From NCBI GenBank assembly GCA_963830915.1, contig CAWHOE010000005.1, positions 1 to 64,000 on the forward strand: a DNA stretch of 64,000 nt, read 5' to 3'. Each line of letters starts with the position of its first letter. Position 1 is the first letter of the stretch. The stretch is from a candidate division FCPU426 bacterium (GTDB lineage: Bacteria; Oederibacteriota; Muellerivitia; Muellerivitales; Muellerivitaceae). The translations under genes and the position numbers were made by a program. The notes under the pieces are model-generated. The model did no database searches. It was not told the DNA's origin and saw nothing but the letters and a program-made list of their open reading frames with translations. Shown here piece by piece: positions 1 to 11,200 of this stretch.

Positions 1-54
1 GATATATCAGTTGGGATCAGTCGCGATTATCACGATTTGTATGATTGACCAGTG

Positions 55-153
55 GCCTAACAAGTCGCCGGAGCCAACCGCCGTTGGCGCTGTCAGTTCC
101 GCTGTCGCGGTTCACGTCGCGAGTCGGCGGTGGCTCAGCTTTTTTCGTTAGGC
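55..153 (+). mobile_element. attC: Integron attC site 1 (99 bp)
   Basis: Starts with R'' GCCTAAC (RYYYAAC) and ends with R' GTTAGGC (GTTRRRY). Imperfect internal palindrome (GAGCCAACCGCCG...CGGCGGTGGCTC). Near-identical copy at 460-558. Confidence 0.9.
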
Positions 154-174
154 CACATTGCACGACACGAAATT

Positions 175-465
175 ATGCAAAAATATCGCAGAGACATTTT
201 ATTTGGCGCCGATTGGCGGCAACTCCTAATTTTGCGAGCTTTTCGGTAGAGATTGGGTATTTCAGTTCTTGCGACCACCGAGATGGGCCACCCATGGCTT
301 GTTGCCGTCGATTTATGCCACTATTGCGTTGGATCGTTCGCCGCTGAGCATGGCATCATCGTGGTCATTGTCGCATTGTCGGACTTTGTATATTTTGCAT
401 TGTCGAGCCCATGGCTACGAATTAGTGTCGTGGATGATTTAGAGTATATGACGACTGTGGCCTAA
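175..465 (+). CDS. Small integron cassette gene, hydrophobic, apparently frameshifted
   Basis: ATG at 175 lies just after attC1. An ORF ends at the TAA inside R'' of attC2. The frames do not connect, so indels are likely. Confidence 0.5.
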
Positions 466-558
466 CAAGTCGCCGGAGCCAACCGCCGTTGGCGCTTGCC
501 GTTCCGCTGTCGCGGTTCACGCCGCGAGTCGGCGGTGGCTCAGCTTTTTTCGTTAGGC
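460..558 (+). mobile_element. attC: Integron attC site 2 (99 bp)
   Basis: GCCTAAC...GTTAGGC ends; differs from attC1 at only a few positions. Confidence 0.9.
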
Positions 559-589
559 CACATCACAAGCGAATATGAAAAATTGTCTT

Positions 590-931
590 TCACGGTGGCT
601 CCCGCAGGGCGACCCGCATGGCCTGGCCCTTGCCCGCCGCTCGGCCGTGTCGCCGACGATCACCCGGGCCCCGGCCCGCGGCGGCGATCGCCCCGGTGCC
701 GTCGGTCGAGCCGTCGTCGACCACGAGGACCTCGTCGACCAGGGCACGCCGCCGCCGGCCGCGGTCAGCGGCGACGACGATGCCCTCCACGATGGGGCCG
801 ATGGTGGCGGCCTCGTTGCGGGCCGGGATGCAGACCGAGACGGTGCGGTCCGCCTTGGCCGCGACCAGCCCGGCGGCGTCGAACTCGGCGTGGGCGTGCA
901 CGGGGCCCGTCGTCCGGGCCCGTGCTGGCAT
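590..931 (-). CDS. gpgS: Glucosyl-3-phosphoglycerate synthase-like GT2 glycosyltransferase, 5' part only (cut at junction)
   Basis: VSVCIPARNEAATIG, VLVVDDGSTDGT and GKGQAM motifs; divergent from thrC as seen in actinobacteria. Confidence 0.7.
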   Translation of the reverse strand: MPARARTTGPVHAHAEFDAAGLVAAKADRTVSVCIPARNEAATIGPIVEGIVVAADRGRRRRALVDEVLVVDDGSTDGTGAIAAAGRGPGDRRRHGRAAGKGQAMRVALREPP

Positions 932-1046
932 CCGCTCTCGTCCCCGGGGGTGGCCGGTCGCCGCATGGCCTCATCTCGCTCACCGGCCAGGGTCGTACGG
1001 GGCCGAGCCGGCCAGAGCGTCGGGCCGGCCGGGCAGTCGGGCCACG

Positions 1047-1074
1047 TTGACGGGGGTCCGCGATCGCCTACACT
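1047..1074 (+). promoter_or_regulatory. Sigma70-type promoter
   Basis: TTGACG-16nt-TACACT immediately upstream of the riboswitch. Confidence 0.6.
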
Positions 1075-1080
1075 GGACCC

Positions 1081-1192
1081 CATCATCCAGAGCAGCTGAG
1101 GGACCGGGCCCTGTGACGCTGCGGCAACCAGAGCGCTGACGACCACCCACGACGGGGTCCGGGCTCCAGGTGCCAATGCCCGAGCGATGAGG
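1081..1192 (+). ncRNA. SAM-I (S-box) riboswitch
   Basis: ATCCAGAG...GAGGGA...GGCCC..TGA...CGGCAACC...GGTGCCAA..CC...GATGA, the consensus elements in order, in the leader of the thrC-like gene. Confidence 0.85.
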
Positions 1193-1200
1193 AGACTGCC

Positions 1201-2464
1201 GTGGATTTCGTTTCGGGCTTGCGCTGCCGTGAATGTGGCCGTACCTATCCGGCCGAGGCGCTGCACGTGTGCGACTTCTGTTTCGGGCCGCTCGAGGTCA
1301 CCTACGACTACGAGCGGGTGGCCGCCACCATCTCCCGGGAGCGGATCGAGGCCGGCCCCCGTACGATCTGGCGCTACGCCGACCTGCTCCCGGTGCGCGA
1401 CGCCGCGCCGGTCGACCTGGGCGCCGGGTTCACCCCGCTGGTCCGGGCCGACCGCCTGGCCGCCGAGCTGGGCCTGGGCGAGCTCTGGATCAAGGACGAC
1501 ACCGCCAACCCGACCGGGCTCGTTCAAGGACCGGGTGGTGTCGGTCGCCCTGACCAAGGCCCGCCAACTCGGCTTCAAGGTGGCCGCCTGCGCCTCCACC
1601 GGGCAACCTCGCCAACTCGGTGGCCGCCCACGCCGCCCGGGCGGGCATGGACTCGGTGGTGCTGATCCCCCACGACCTCGAGCGGGCCAAGGTCACCATG
1701 ACCTCCGTCTACGGCGGCCGGGTCTTCGCCGTCGAGGGCAGCTACGACGACGTCAACCGGCTGTGCGCCGAGCTGACCAGCGAGCAGCCCGAGTGGGCCT
1801 TCGTCAACGTCAACGTCCGCACCTACTACGCCGAGGGTCCAAGACGCTGGCCTTCGAGGTGGCCGAGCAGCTCGGCTGGCAGGCGCCCGACCACGTGGTG
1901 GTGCCCATCGGCTCGGGCAGCCAGCTGACCAAGGTGGCCAAGGGCTTCGCCGAGCTGTACCAGGTCGGGCTGCTCGACGAGGAGCCCGCCGTGCGGGTGT
2001 CGGGCGCCCAGGCCGACGGGTGCTCGCCGGTGGCGACCGCCTTCGCCGAGGGCACCGACGCCATCCGGCCGGTCAAGCCGGACACCATCGCCAAGTCGCT
2101 GGCCATCGGCAACCCGGCCGACGGCTGGTACGCGCTCGACGCCATCCGCTCGTCGGGGGCGTCCTGCGCCTCGGTCACCGACGACGAGGTCCTCGACGGC
2201 ATCCGGCTGCTGGCCCGCACCGAGGGCATCTTCGCCGAGACCGCCGGCGGGGTCACCATCGCCACCCTGGCCAAGCTGGCCGCCCAGGGCGTCGTCCGCT
2301 CGGACGAGCGGGTGGTCGCCATGGTCACCGGCCACGGCCTGAAGACGGTGGAGGCGCTGGCCGACGTGGTCGGCCCGACCGCCACCATCGCCCCCACACT
2401 CGACTCGTTCGCCGAGGCCATGGCGGCCGACGCGGACACACCCACCCAGAGGAGCTCCCGATGA
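1201..2464 (+). CDS. thrC: Threonine synthase-like PLP enzyme (several frameshifts, probably sequencing indels)
   Basis: N-terminal CRECG...CDFC, NPTGSFKDR (PLP lysine), ACASTGN, PIGSG and TGHGLK, spread over frames. Confidence 0.85.
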
Positions 2465-2733
2465 GCAACGTCCGAGTCCCCGCCCAGCTGCGCACGCTGA
2501 CCGGAGGGGTCGGCGAGCTCTCGATCGACGGCTCCACCGTCGGCGAGGTCCTGAAGGGCCTCGACGCCGCCCACCCCGGGTTCGCCGAGCGGATCTTCGA
2601 CGACGAGGGCGGCCTGCGCCGGTTCGTCAACGTCTTCCTCGACGAGGAGGACGTCCGGTTCCTCGAGGGTCTGGACACCCCCGTCACCGACGGGCAGACG
2701 CTCTCGATCGTCCCGGCCGTCGCCGGCGGCTGG
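2461..2733 (+). CDS. MoaD/ThiS/CysO-family sulfur carrier protein
   Basis: MSNVRVPAQLR...LRRFVNVFL...IVPAVAGG; the stop after GG appears lost to an indel. Confidence 0.85.
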
Positions 2734-2810
2734 TCCCGGGCCGGCGACGGTGCTGCCCGTCCGGGTGACCGGTACACTGGGGGGCAAAGCGGACCAGCAC
2801 AGGAGCGACG

Positions 2811-3700
2811 ATGACCTCGACGCAGGGATCCACTCCCGGCACCCCCTCGGGGGGCAGGCCGACCGGTGGCACCGCCACCCGGACCCGCTCGACCGGGCGC
2901 GTCGTTCGGGACCGCGTCGAACTACAACCGCATGCGACCACCTTCCCGGGCGCCGCCGGCCACGGCACCGACGAACTGGAAGCAGCAGCCCGACGGCAAC
3001 TGGTGGCCGTGGGACGGGGCGGCGTGGCAGCTGCAGCCGCAGGGGCCGCCGCCGGCACCGCCGGCCGCCGGGCGGAGCCCGGTTCACCGCCGACGGCGCC
3101 CTGAACAAGGCGGGGCTGCTCGGGCTCGTCGCCATCGTTGTCGGCGCCGTCGCCTACCTGCCAACCTCCCGTTGGGCCTGGCCGTGGGCGGGCATGTTCG
3201 TGGGCCTCGGGGTCGGCGCTGTGGTGCTCGTTCCAACCGCGCCGCGCCCCGGTGCTGGCGCCGGTCTACGCCGTGGCCGAGGGAGTCGTCCTCGGGATCA
3301 TCTCCCGCTTCTACGCCGACCAGGGTGCCCACGTGGTGACGCTGGCCGTCGTCGGGACCGTGGCCATCGTGGCCGGCGTCTGGGGCGTCTACCGGACCGG
3401 CCTGGTGCGGGTCGGGACCCGGTTCTTCAAGATCACGCTCGTGGCCGGCCTCGGCATGCTGGTGGTCATGATGACGGCCATCCTGACCGGCTGGGGACTC
3501 AGCGGACGGCGGCCTGCTGATCTTCGGGGTCCTCTACCTGTTCCTGGCCGTCATGAACCTCTTCGTGGACTTCAGCTTCGTGGACCGGGCCGAGGCGGCC
3601 GGCATCGACGCCGAGGCCGAGTGGTTCTCGGCGTTCACCATCCTGCATGTCGTCGGTGATGGTGTACCTGGCGCTGCTGCGGATCTTCGGCGGTCGCGCT
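2811..3700 (+). CDS. Bax inhibitor-1/YccA-family membrane protein (frameshifted)
   Basis: LAPVYAVAEGVVLG, YRTGLVRV, NLFVDF...EWFSAF and VYLALLRIF segments. Confidence 0.65.
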
Positions 3701-3740
3701 ACCGCCCGACCGGGGTCCCCCCGGACCGGTGCCGGTCTGC

Positions 3741-4364
3741 TCAGACCGACAGGCCGTGCAGGATGAACCGCGACCGTGTCGGCCGCCGCCCGGACCGTTC
3801 CGGGGGACGGCTCGCCGGCCCGCACCGCCATCGCCCCGTAGATCTGCTGGCCGATCAGGCTGATGGCCAGGTCGGGGTCGAGTCGGCCGGAAGTCCCCCG
3901 CGGCGACGCCCTCGACCACCAGGTCCCGGAGCAGGCCGGGCGATGTCCAGGCCGATGATCGCCAGCTCGCGTCCCGACGGCCCCCCGTCCCGCGCCGGCG
4001 GTCCCCTGGGTGACCAGGGCCAGCCGGAAGAAGGCCGGGCTGTCGTCGATGCGGGCCAGCAGGCTCCTCGATGAGCGCTCGCAGCCGGCGGGCCGGGCCG
4101 GCGTCCTCCTCCCACGTGGCGGCGATGGCCTCGATCAGCTGGTCGTACATGCGCTGCAGGCAGGCCCGCAGCAGCTCGTCGCGGTTGGCGAAGTAGACGT
4201 AGACGGTCGAGCGGGCCACCCCGGCCTCGGCGGCGATCTCGTCCATGGAGACGTCGGTCGTGCCCCGCTCGCCGAAGAGCCGGCGGGCCGTGTCGATGAT
4301 CTGGTCGCGGCGGAAGTCCCGGATGACCTCCTTCAGCTCATCGGGCGTCCGGCGGGCCGGACAC
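3741..4364 (-). CDS. TetR-family regulator (frameshifted)
   Basis: RRDQIIDTARRLF...SMDEIAAEAGVARSTVYVYF helix-turn-helix. Confidence 0.85.
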
Positions 4365-5634
4365 GCTCAGCGCGCCGAGCGGGCGCGGACCGGCGGGGAA
4401 GGTGATGGGGAGGTGCTTGACGCCATTGATGAACGGGGACTGGAGGCGCTGGACCTCGCCGTCCAGCTCCATGTCGGGCATGCGGTCGAGCAGGTGCTCG
4501 AACATGACCCGGATCTCCATGCGGGCCAGATTGGCCCCCAGGCAGAAGTGGGGGCCGCCGCCGCCGAAGGCCATGTGCGGGTTGGGGTTCCGGGTGATGT
4601 CGAAGGGTCGGGGTGGTCGAAGACCGGCTCGTCCCGGTTGGCCGAGATGTGGAAGAACACGACCTTGTCGTCGGCCTCGATCGTCTGGCCGCCGAGCTCG
4701 AAGTCGGCACGTGGCCTGGCGCCGGAAGTTCATGACCGGGGTCACGAAGCGGAGCATCTCCTCGACCGCGTCGGGCAGCAGCGAGCGGTCGTTGCGCAGC
4801 AGCTCCCACTGGTCGGGGTGCTCGAAGAAGGTGGCCATGGCCCCGGAGATGAGGTTGCGGGTCGTCTCGTTGCCGGCCACCGTGAGCAGCAGGAAGAACA
4901 GCTCGAGCTCCAGCGACGGAGAGCTGCTCGCCCTCGATCTCGACCTGGGTGAGCACGCTCATCAGGTCGTCGTGGGGGTCGACCCGCTTCTTGGCGAAGA
5001 GCTCGGCGGCGTAGGCGTAGAGCTCCATGGCGGCCTGCTGGGCGACCTCCCCGCCGCTGGTACTCGGGGTCCTCGGCTGCCGATCATGCGGTTGGACCAG
5101 TCGAACATCCGGTGCCGGTCCTCGTTGGGGACGCCGAGCAGCTCGGCGATGACCGCCAGGGGCAGCTCGGCGGCGATGTCGGTGACGAAGTCGGCCTGAC
5201 CCCCGCTCGATGACCTCGTCGATGATGTCGTCGGTGGCGGCGTGGATGCCGCTCGTGGAGCTGGTTGACCATCCGGGGGGTGAAGCCCTTGTTGACCAGC
5301 CGCCGGTAGCGGGTGTGCAGCGGCGGGTCCATGTTCAGCATGATCAGCTGCTGCTGGGCCAGGTCGTCCTCGGCCAGCTCCCAGAGGTAGGTGGCCTGGC
5401 GGGCCGAGGAGAAGTGCTCGTAGTCGCGGTTGACCTGGGTGGCCTCGGCCAGGGTGGTCACCGCCCAGAACCCGGGCCCGTCCTCCTCCTCCTGCCACCA
5501 CACCGGGTGCGTTCTCCCGCAGGAACGCGAACCACTCGTGGGGCACCCGCTCGGCGAACACCGTCGAGTCGAGCAGGTCGATGTCGTCGAAGTTGACGCC
5601 GCTGATGTCCAGTTCCGTCTTGCCAGTCGCTCAT
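4338..5634 (-). CDS. Cytochrome P450, CYP125-like (frameshifted)
   Basis: MDPPLHTRYR, AGNETTRN, EEMLR and heme motif FGGGGPHFCLG. Confidence 0.9.
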
Positions 5635-5657
5635 GTCGGACGCCCCCTCCTGTCGCA

Positions 5658-5711
5658 TCGGACAGCATGTCCGAAAAGATGGATCGTATGTCCGGTGTAA
5701 ACAGCTGTCAA
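5658..5711 (-). promoter_or_regulatory. P450 promoter and palindromic operator
   Basis: Minus-strand TTGACA-17nt-TACGAT (5711-5683); perfect palindrome TCGGACA-GCA-TGTCCGA at 5658-5674. Confidence 0.7.
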
Positions 5712-5780
5712 CGACGCCTGCGGGTCGGGGGCCCGACCGGACGGCCGCGGCTGCCGGGCGGTCGCCGGGTCCGGCGTGGC

Positions 5781-6147
5781 TCAGCGCGGACCAGTCGACC
5801 TCGCCGTCGATGATGATCCGCGGCTCCTCGGTGAGCACGACCTCGAGCCGGTCGGTGTCGAGGAACCTGGCGATGTCCTCCATCATGGCCGGGAAGTCGT
5901 CCTCCCCCATGTGGGCGTAGTACGCGTCCATCGACTCGAACCACTGCACCGTCACCCCGTCGTAGCCGGACCGGTCGTCGTCGTCCCGGTAGTCGTCGAG
6001 CGGCCGGGGGTTCTGCTCGTAGCGGATCACGTACTTGGCGGCGCTGCAGTTGGCGATCAGCGGGCCGTGGTGGTCCCGCCAGTAGGCGTGGAACTCGGCG
6101 GGCGTCAGGCCCTCCTTGCGCCTCAGCAGACAGGTCAGCTTGATCAT
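5781..6147 (-). CDS. EthD-domain protein
   Basis: MIKLTCLLRRKEGLTPAEFHAYWRDHHGPL...YDGVTVQWFES. Confidence 0.8.
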
Positions 6148-6274
6148 GGTCCGTGCCCTCACCCTCCGGTGCCGGGTCTGCGGCGCGACGCTCCGGTGGT
6201 CGGCCGACCCTCGCCGCAGAGGCTGCACCGCGGGAGCGGCCGCTGGCAAGCCGGGGTCGAGGGGCGGGTTGCGC

Positions 6275-7061
6275 TCAGCGCACCCGGGCGCAGAACAGGT
6301 CGACGAGGTAGTGGAGCTCGATCGGTTCACCGAGGTCGGCGGCGAGGTCGGCCACGGCGTCGAGGATCGCCCGCCGCCGGTCCTCGGGGAGGACGTCGAT
6401 GTAGCTGCGGGAGGCCACCTGTTCGACGAAGGCGGTCCGGTCGAGGGGCTGGACGAAGGACAGGTGGGTCCGGGTGACCGGGCCGAACCGCCCGGACGCG
6501 TCGACCAGGGCCCCGAAGTCCGTCCGACCGGGTACGGCTGGTGCCGGTCCCACTTGCTGACCCGGGTGAGCTCGGCGACCAGCGGGTCGGACTCGTCCCG
6601 CTCGTTCCACACCAGGCCGGGCCCCCACCCGGCCGGAGTACCCGGGCGAACTCGCCGGGCCCCGGGGCGGTCGAACCAGTGGAAGGCCTGGGCCACCGTG
6701 AGCGCGTCGAAGGTGGCGTCGCCGAGTCAAGGTGCTCGGCGTGGCGGCGATCTGGGGGGTACGGGACCACGTGGCGAAGACGCCCGCATGGAGCGGAGGG
6801 CTCGGCGGCCACGACGGTGGCCCCGGTGCCACCAGGGAACGGGTGAGCTTGCCGGTCCCGGCGCCACGTCGAGCACCCGGGAGCCGGGGCGATGCCGAGC
6901 GCCGCCACCATCTGCGCGACGCTCGTCGGAGTACCCGGGCCGGGCCCGCTCGTAGAGGCCGAACCGGTGGAGAACCCGGCCGGCCGAGGCGGCCTTGTCG
7001 ACCAGCAGTCGGTCGACGTCGTCGACCGACCCTCGTCGGCGCGGTTCCTCCCCGTGTCCAC
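6275..7061 (-). CDS. Class I SAM-dependent methyltransferase (frameshifted)
   Basis: YERARPGY, VLDV..GTGKLT, VAQAFHWFD and LVWNERD motifs. Confidence 0.8.
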
Positions 7062-7205
7062 GGGGCCATCGTAGGGAGCGGCGGCACACGGTCGCCGGAC
7101 GGGGGGCCCGCCGACCGGGACGGTGCCGGGCCGGGCCGGCGGTGGCCGCGCGCGCGAGAGCGCCCGGATCGCCGGACGTCGGAGGCGTCGGATACCGTCT
7201 CGGGG

Positions 7206-7961
7206 TGAGCGCAGCCGGCACGGAACCCGAATCCGGCGCGTCGGGCGCGCGACCCGGGTGGCCTCGGGCCGGTCCCCCCGGGTCCCCGACCCACCCGCAC
7301 GCGGCTCCCCGCCGGAGCCGGCCGGGTTGCGCCACCGGATCCTGCACGCGGTGGTCCACGCCGGATGGGAGTGGATGACCCGCAACGGGGCCACCGGCCC
7401 GGGTGACCGCCTGGCCGACCGGTTCGGCTACTTCGGCCGGGGAGCTGCCTGGCCTTCCCGACCGGGGCCGTATTCGGCGAGCGGTGGATCCACATCGGCG
7501 AGGACACGCTGATCGGCCCCTACGTCAGCCTGTCGGCGGGCATGGTGCCCGGCCAGGAGATGGTCACCGACCCGGTGGTGCGCATCGGTGACCGCACGAT
7601 GATCGGTCGGGGCAGCCACATCGTCGGCCATTTCTCCGTCGAAGTCGGCAGTGACGTCCAGACCGGTCCGTACGTGTACATCACCGACCAGAACCACGGC
7701 TACGAGAACCCGGACGAGGTCGTCCACGTCCAGTGGCCCCACGACGTCCCCGTGGTCATCGGCGACGGCAGCTGGCTGGGGACCGGCGTGGTGATCCTCC
7801 CCGGGACCGAGCTGGGGCGGAACGTGGTGGTGGCCGCCGGCGCCGTGGTGCGGGGGGCGTTCCCCGACCACTGCGTGATCGCCGGGGTGCCGGCCCGGAT
7901 CGTCCGCCGCTACGTCCCCGGTTCCGGGTGGGTCACCGGGTCGGCCGCCACCGGGGACTGA
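7206..7961 (+). CDS. Hexapeptide-repeat acyltransferase (frameshifted; start uncertain)
   Basis: VRIGDRTMIG, ITDQNHGY, VVIGDGSWLG and IAGVPARIVR. Confidence 0.8.
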
Positions 7962-8000
7962 CCGCCGGACACCTCCCCCTCGACCACCCCCGACCTCCGG

Positions 8001-9126
8001 TCACCCGCCCGCCGTTCCCCGGCCGCCGGTCCCCGGGGGTCCGTCGGTGTCGGTGCCGGTGGCGGGTCCCGGGTCCGGGACCGGGTAGGGGGGTGCCGGG
8101 TAGGCGATCGTCCCGAGTCCGTAGCGTCGCACCACCTCGGAGGCCTCCGCCCGACCGAGCGCGATCAGGTGTTCGGTGGTGGAGAAGTCGTCGAAGTCCC
8201 GGGTCGTGCCCTCCGGGCCGATGCAAGGATGACCTCCACGTCCTCGGGCAGCCGGGCCATGTCGCGGACGAAACGGGCGTGGATGGCGATGAACAGGGCG
8301 TTGACCATGCCCTCGACCGGACGCCGGCTCACGGCGGCTGGAACACCGGGGGCGAGCACAGGAGTACCACGATCCGGGTGGCCCCCCGTCGATGGCCCGT
8401 TGGATCGGCACGTTGTCGACGACGCCTCCGTCGATGTAGCGCTCTCCGTCGATCTCCACCGGCGGGAAGATGGCCGGCATCGCCGCCGAGGCCAGCACGG
8501 CGTCGACGGCCGGGCCGTAGGTGAACCACCGCTCGCCGCCGTCGGCCAGCGACGTGGCCACGACCTCGACCGGAACCGGGGCGTCCTCGAGCCGCTCGTA
8601 GGGGAATCCCTCCTCGACGATGGCCCGCAGCCCCGTATTGGCGTACACGGCATCGCGCTGCTGGAGGTAGAGCCACGGGCCGTGCAGCCGGCCCTGTGGG
8701 TAGACGTCCTCGCGCTTGATCCGCAGCCAGATCTGGGTCATCCGCTCGACCCCCTCCCGGGTGGGGTCGGCGGCGAAGCCCACGCCGTTGATGGCCCCGA
8801 CCGAGGAGCCGTAGATCCGGTCCGGGACGAACCCGTGCTCGGCGAGCACCTGCAGCATGCCGATCTGGATGGCCCCCCGGGTGCTCCCGCCGGCCAGGAC
8901 CAGTGCCGTCTGCTCCTGCTCGTCTTCCTCCTCCTCGTCCTCCTCCTCGTCGTGGTCGTCGTCGGCGGGCACCGGCCCGCCCTGCCGTTCGGTCGAGCCA
9001 CGCCGACCGCGAGCGCCGCGCCTGGGCCACGACGAACCGGAGGGTCAGGGCGACCAGGACCAGGGCGGCCACGACGAACAGGGCGAAGACGACGGCGAAG
9101 AGGGTGGTCGAAGCCGCGGGCGTCAT
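8001..9126 (-). CDS. Patatin-like phospholipase with N-terminal membrane anchor and acidic linker (frameshifted)
   Basis: LVLAGGSTRG, GSSVG (GxSxG) and YIDGGVV. Confidence 0.85.
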
Positions 9127-9270
9127 CACGGGAGAGGCTACCGGGGCCCCTGGCGCGCCCGGGGGCGTGTGACACCCGGCGTCCACACTGCGCCCATGGT
9201 CACGAGACGGTCGTCCATGGGGCGCCACGTGGGGCGCCACGCCGCGTCGGGGGGCCCGGTGCGCCGTCCG

Positions 9271-10308
9271 GTGACTGACGGTCGTCCGGCGTCGGAGGCC
9301 GGGGACTGGCGACCGCTGGCCGGGCCGGACCTGCTCGAACGGCTCCGGGTGACGGGACGGCCCCGACCCGGCCGGTCGATCCCTCGCTCGCCGCCGATCT
9401 CCGGCGCTTCGTCGAGCGCGGCCTCGGCGACCTGGAACCGACGGGCGACCTGGAGACGACGGGCGACGCCGTGCCCGTTGTCGTGACCGCCCGTCGGCTC
9501 TACCGGGGCACTGGCCTGTCCGGTCCACCGCGACGGGGCGACGGGCGACCCTCCCGTCAATGTCGCCACCGCCCGGCGGGGCCCTGGTGCACGTCCTGTT
9601 CCGCCAGTGGGTCACGGTCGGCGCCATCGACGACGCCTTCGACGACGCCATGGGCGGGCTCGCCATGGACGAGCGCCAGGACGATCCCTGTGCGCCTGGA
9701 TCTCCGACCTGCCCGCGCCCGAGCGGGCGGAACTGCGGGGGGAGGTCGAGCGGCAGGCGGACGGGCTGCGGCACCGGTGGCCGAGGCTGGACCCGACCTG
9801 GCTCCCCCGCACCGGGGAGCCCATCCGGGTGGCGCTGGTCCCGGGTCGGGTGGAGCTCGCCGTGCGGGTGGACCTCGTCCTCGGGCGCCGGCCGCCGATC
9901 GGGCGTCGGTGGGCCTGGTCCAGGTGACCTCCGGGTCGCGCCGCCCGGGTCACCGTGACGACGCCAGCTCGCGGCCCTGGCCGAGACCCTGCGCAGCGGC
10001 GCACCGCCATTCGTCGTAGCCACCTACTACGCCCGCACCGGTGAGCTCGACGTCGACCCGGTCACCCCCGAGCTGCTGGCCGGGGCCGCCCGGCGGCTCG
10101 TCGCCGGCGTCGGGGTACTGCACTCCCCCCGGCGGGCCGTGGACCCGTCCCTCGACGAACGGGGCCTGGTGCGCGGGCTGTGCGGCCGACCCCTTCCGGT
10201 GCCGACCCCGGTGGTGGCCCTGGCATCCGGTCGCCCGACCGATCCCCGCGCCCCCCGCCGCCGTCGTCGGGGCGGTGGCGGCGTTCCCCGGCGAGCGGGC
10301 GGCATGAG
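9271..10308 (+). CDS. Hypothetical protein, possibly PD-(D/E)XK nuclease-like (frameshifted)
   Basis: GC-biased coding frames; GALVHVLFRQ, RVDLVLG and C-terminal Cys residues; weak motif evidence. Confidence 0.35.
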
Positions 10309-11200
10309 CGGTCCCGCCACCGCGGTCACGGCCCACCTCCTGGCCGAGCCGGCGCTGCCCGATCGGAGCCGTGCTGCGCGGCGCGAGGTCTCGGAGCTGC
10401 TGGTGGACGGCGTGGGCGCCGCGGTGGTGGACCTGGCACCGGGGGTCCCCTGGAGGTCACCCTGTCGTCGCTCCGCCGGGCCCGGTCCCATCCCGCCGAG
10501 TCGGGCTGGCGGAACCGCCGTTCGCCTGGAAGCCGGCGTTCGTGAGACGCAGCCTCGGCCTGGCGTTGGTGCGGGCCTGCGTCGACGGGCGCTTCCGGGC
10601 CCCGGCCGAGGCGGTCGGCCCGGTGGCGGGCGAGGCCGTCGACGAGTGGCGGCGCACCGGCTGGCACGCCTTCCACTGGGAGCCCTGGTTCGCCGGGCTC
10701 GGGCCCGGTGGCCGGGCCGTGGTGCTGGCCGAGGCCGTCACCTGGGCCACGGCCCTCTGGTCGGCCGCCGACTGGTCCCGGCTCGGCCCGAGGGCGGTGC
10801 TGGGGGCCCCGGACGTGGTGTGGGCGTGCCCCGCCCCGCACCCGGTGCGGCTCCGCGGTCGGCCGAGGTGACGGTGGACATCGGTGGGGCGCAGCCGCGG
10901 ACCGACCGGGCCGCGGGTGCCACGGCGCTGGTGTCGGTGTCGGGCGGGCGTCCCCAGGAGGGCTGGCCCGAGGAGCTGGCCTTCCTGGCCCTGGTCGCCG
11001 CCGTGCGGTTCCCGGAGCGACCGGTGCCGGCCCGGGTGCTCGGCCTGTGGCCCGATTCCGGGGACCACCTGGTGGTCGAGGTCGACGGGGCGGTGCTCGC
11101 CGGGGCCGCCGGGCGCGTCGTGTCCACGGTGGCGGACACCGCGGACGCCCGGGCCGGACGCGCCGGTCGGATGGGGAACTCAGTCGAGCGTGATTCAGTC
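10304..11200 (+). CDS. Hypothetical protein (frameshifted)
   Basis: Continuous coding-like segments (PFAWKPAFVRRSLGL, PARVLGLWPDSG) coupled to the preceding ORF. Confidence 0.4.

Noticed and set aside
45..347. ORFs spanning attC sites (45-347, 496-1050)
   Set aside because: They are translations of the palindromic attC or of the junction, not genes.
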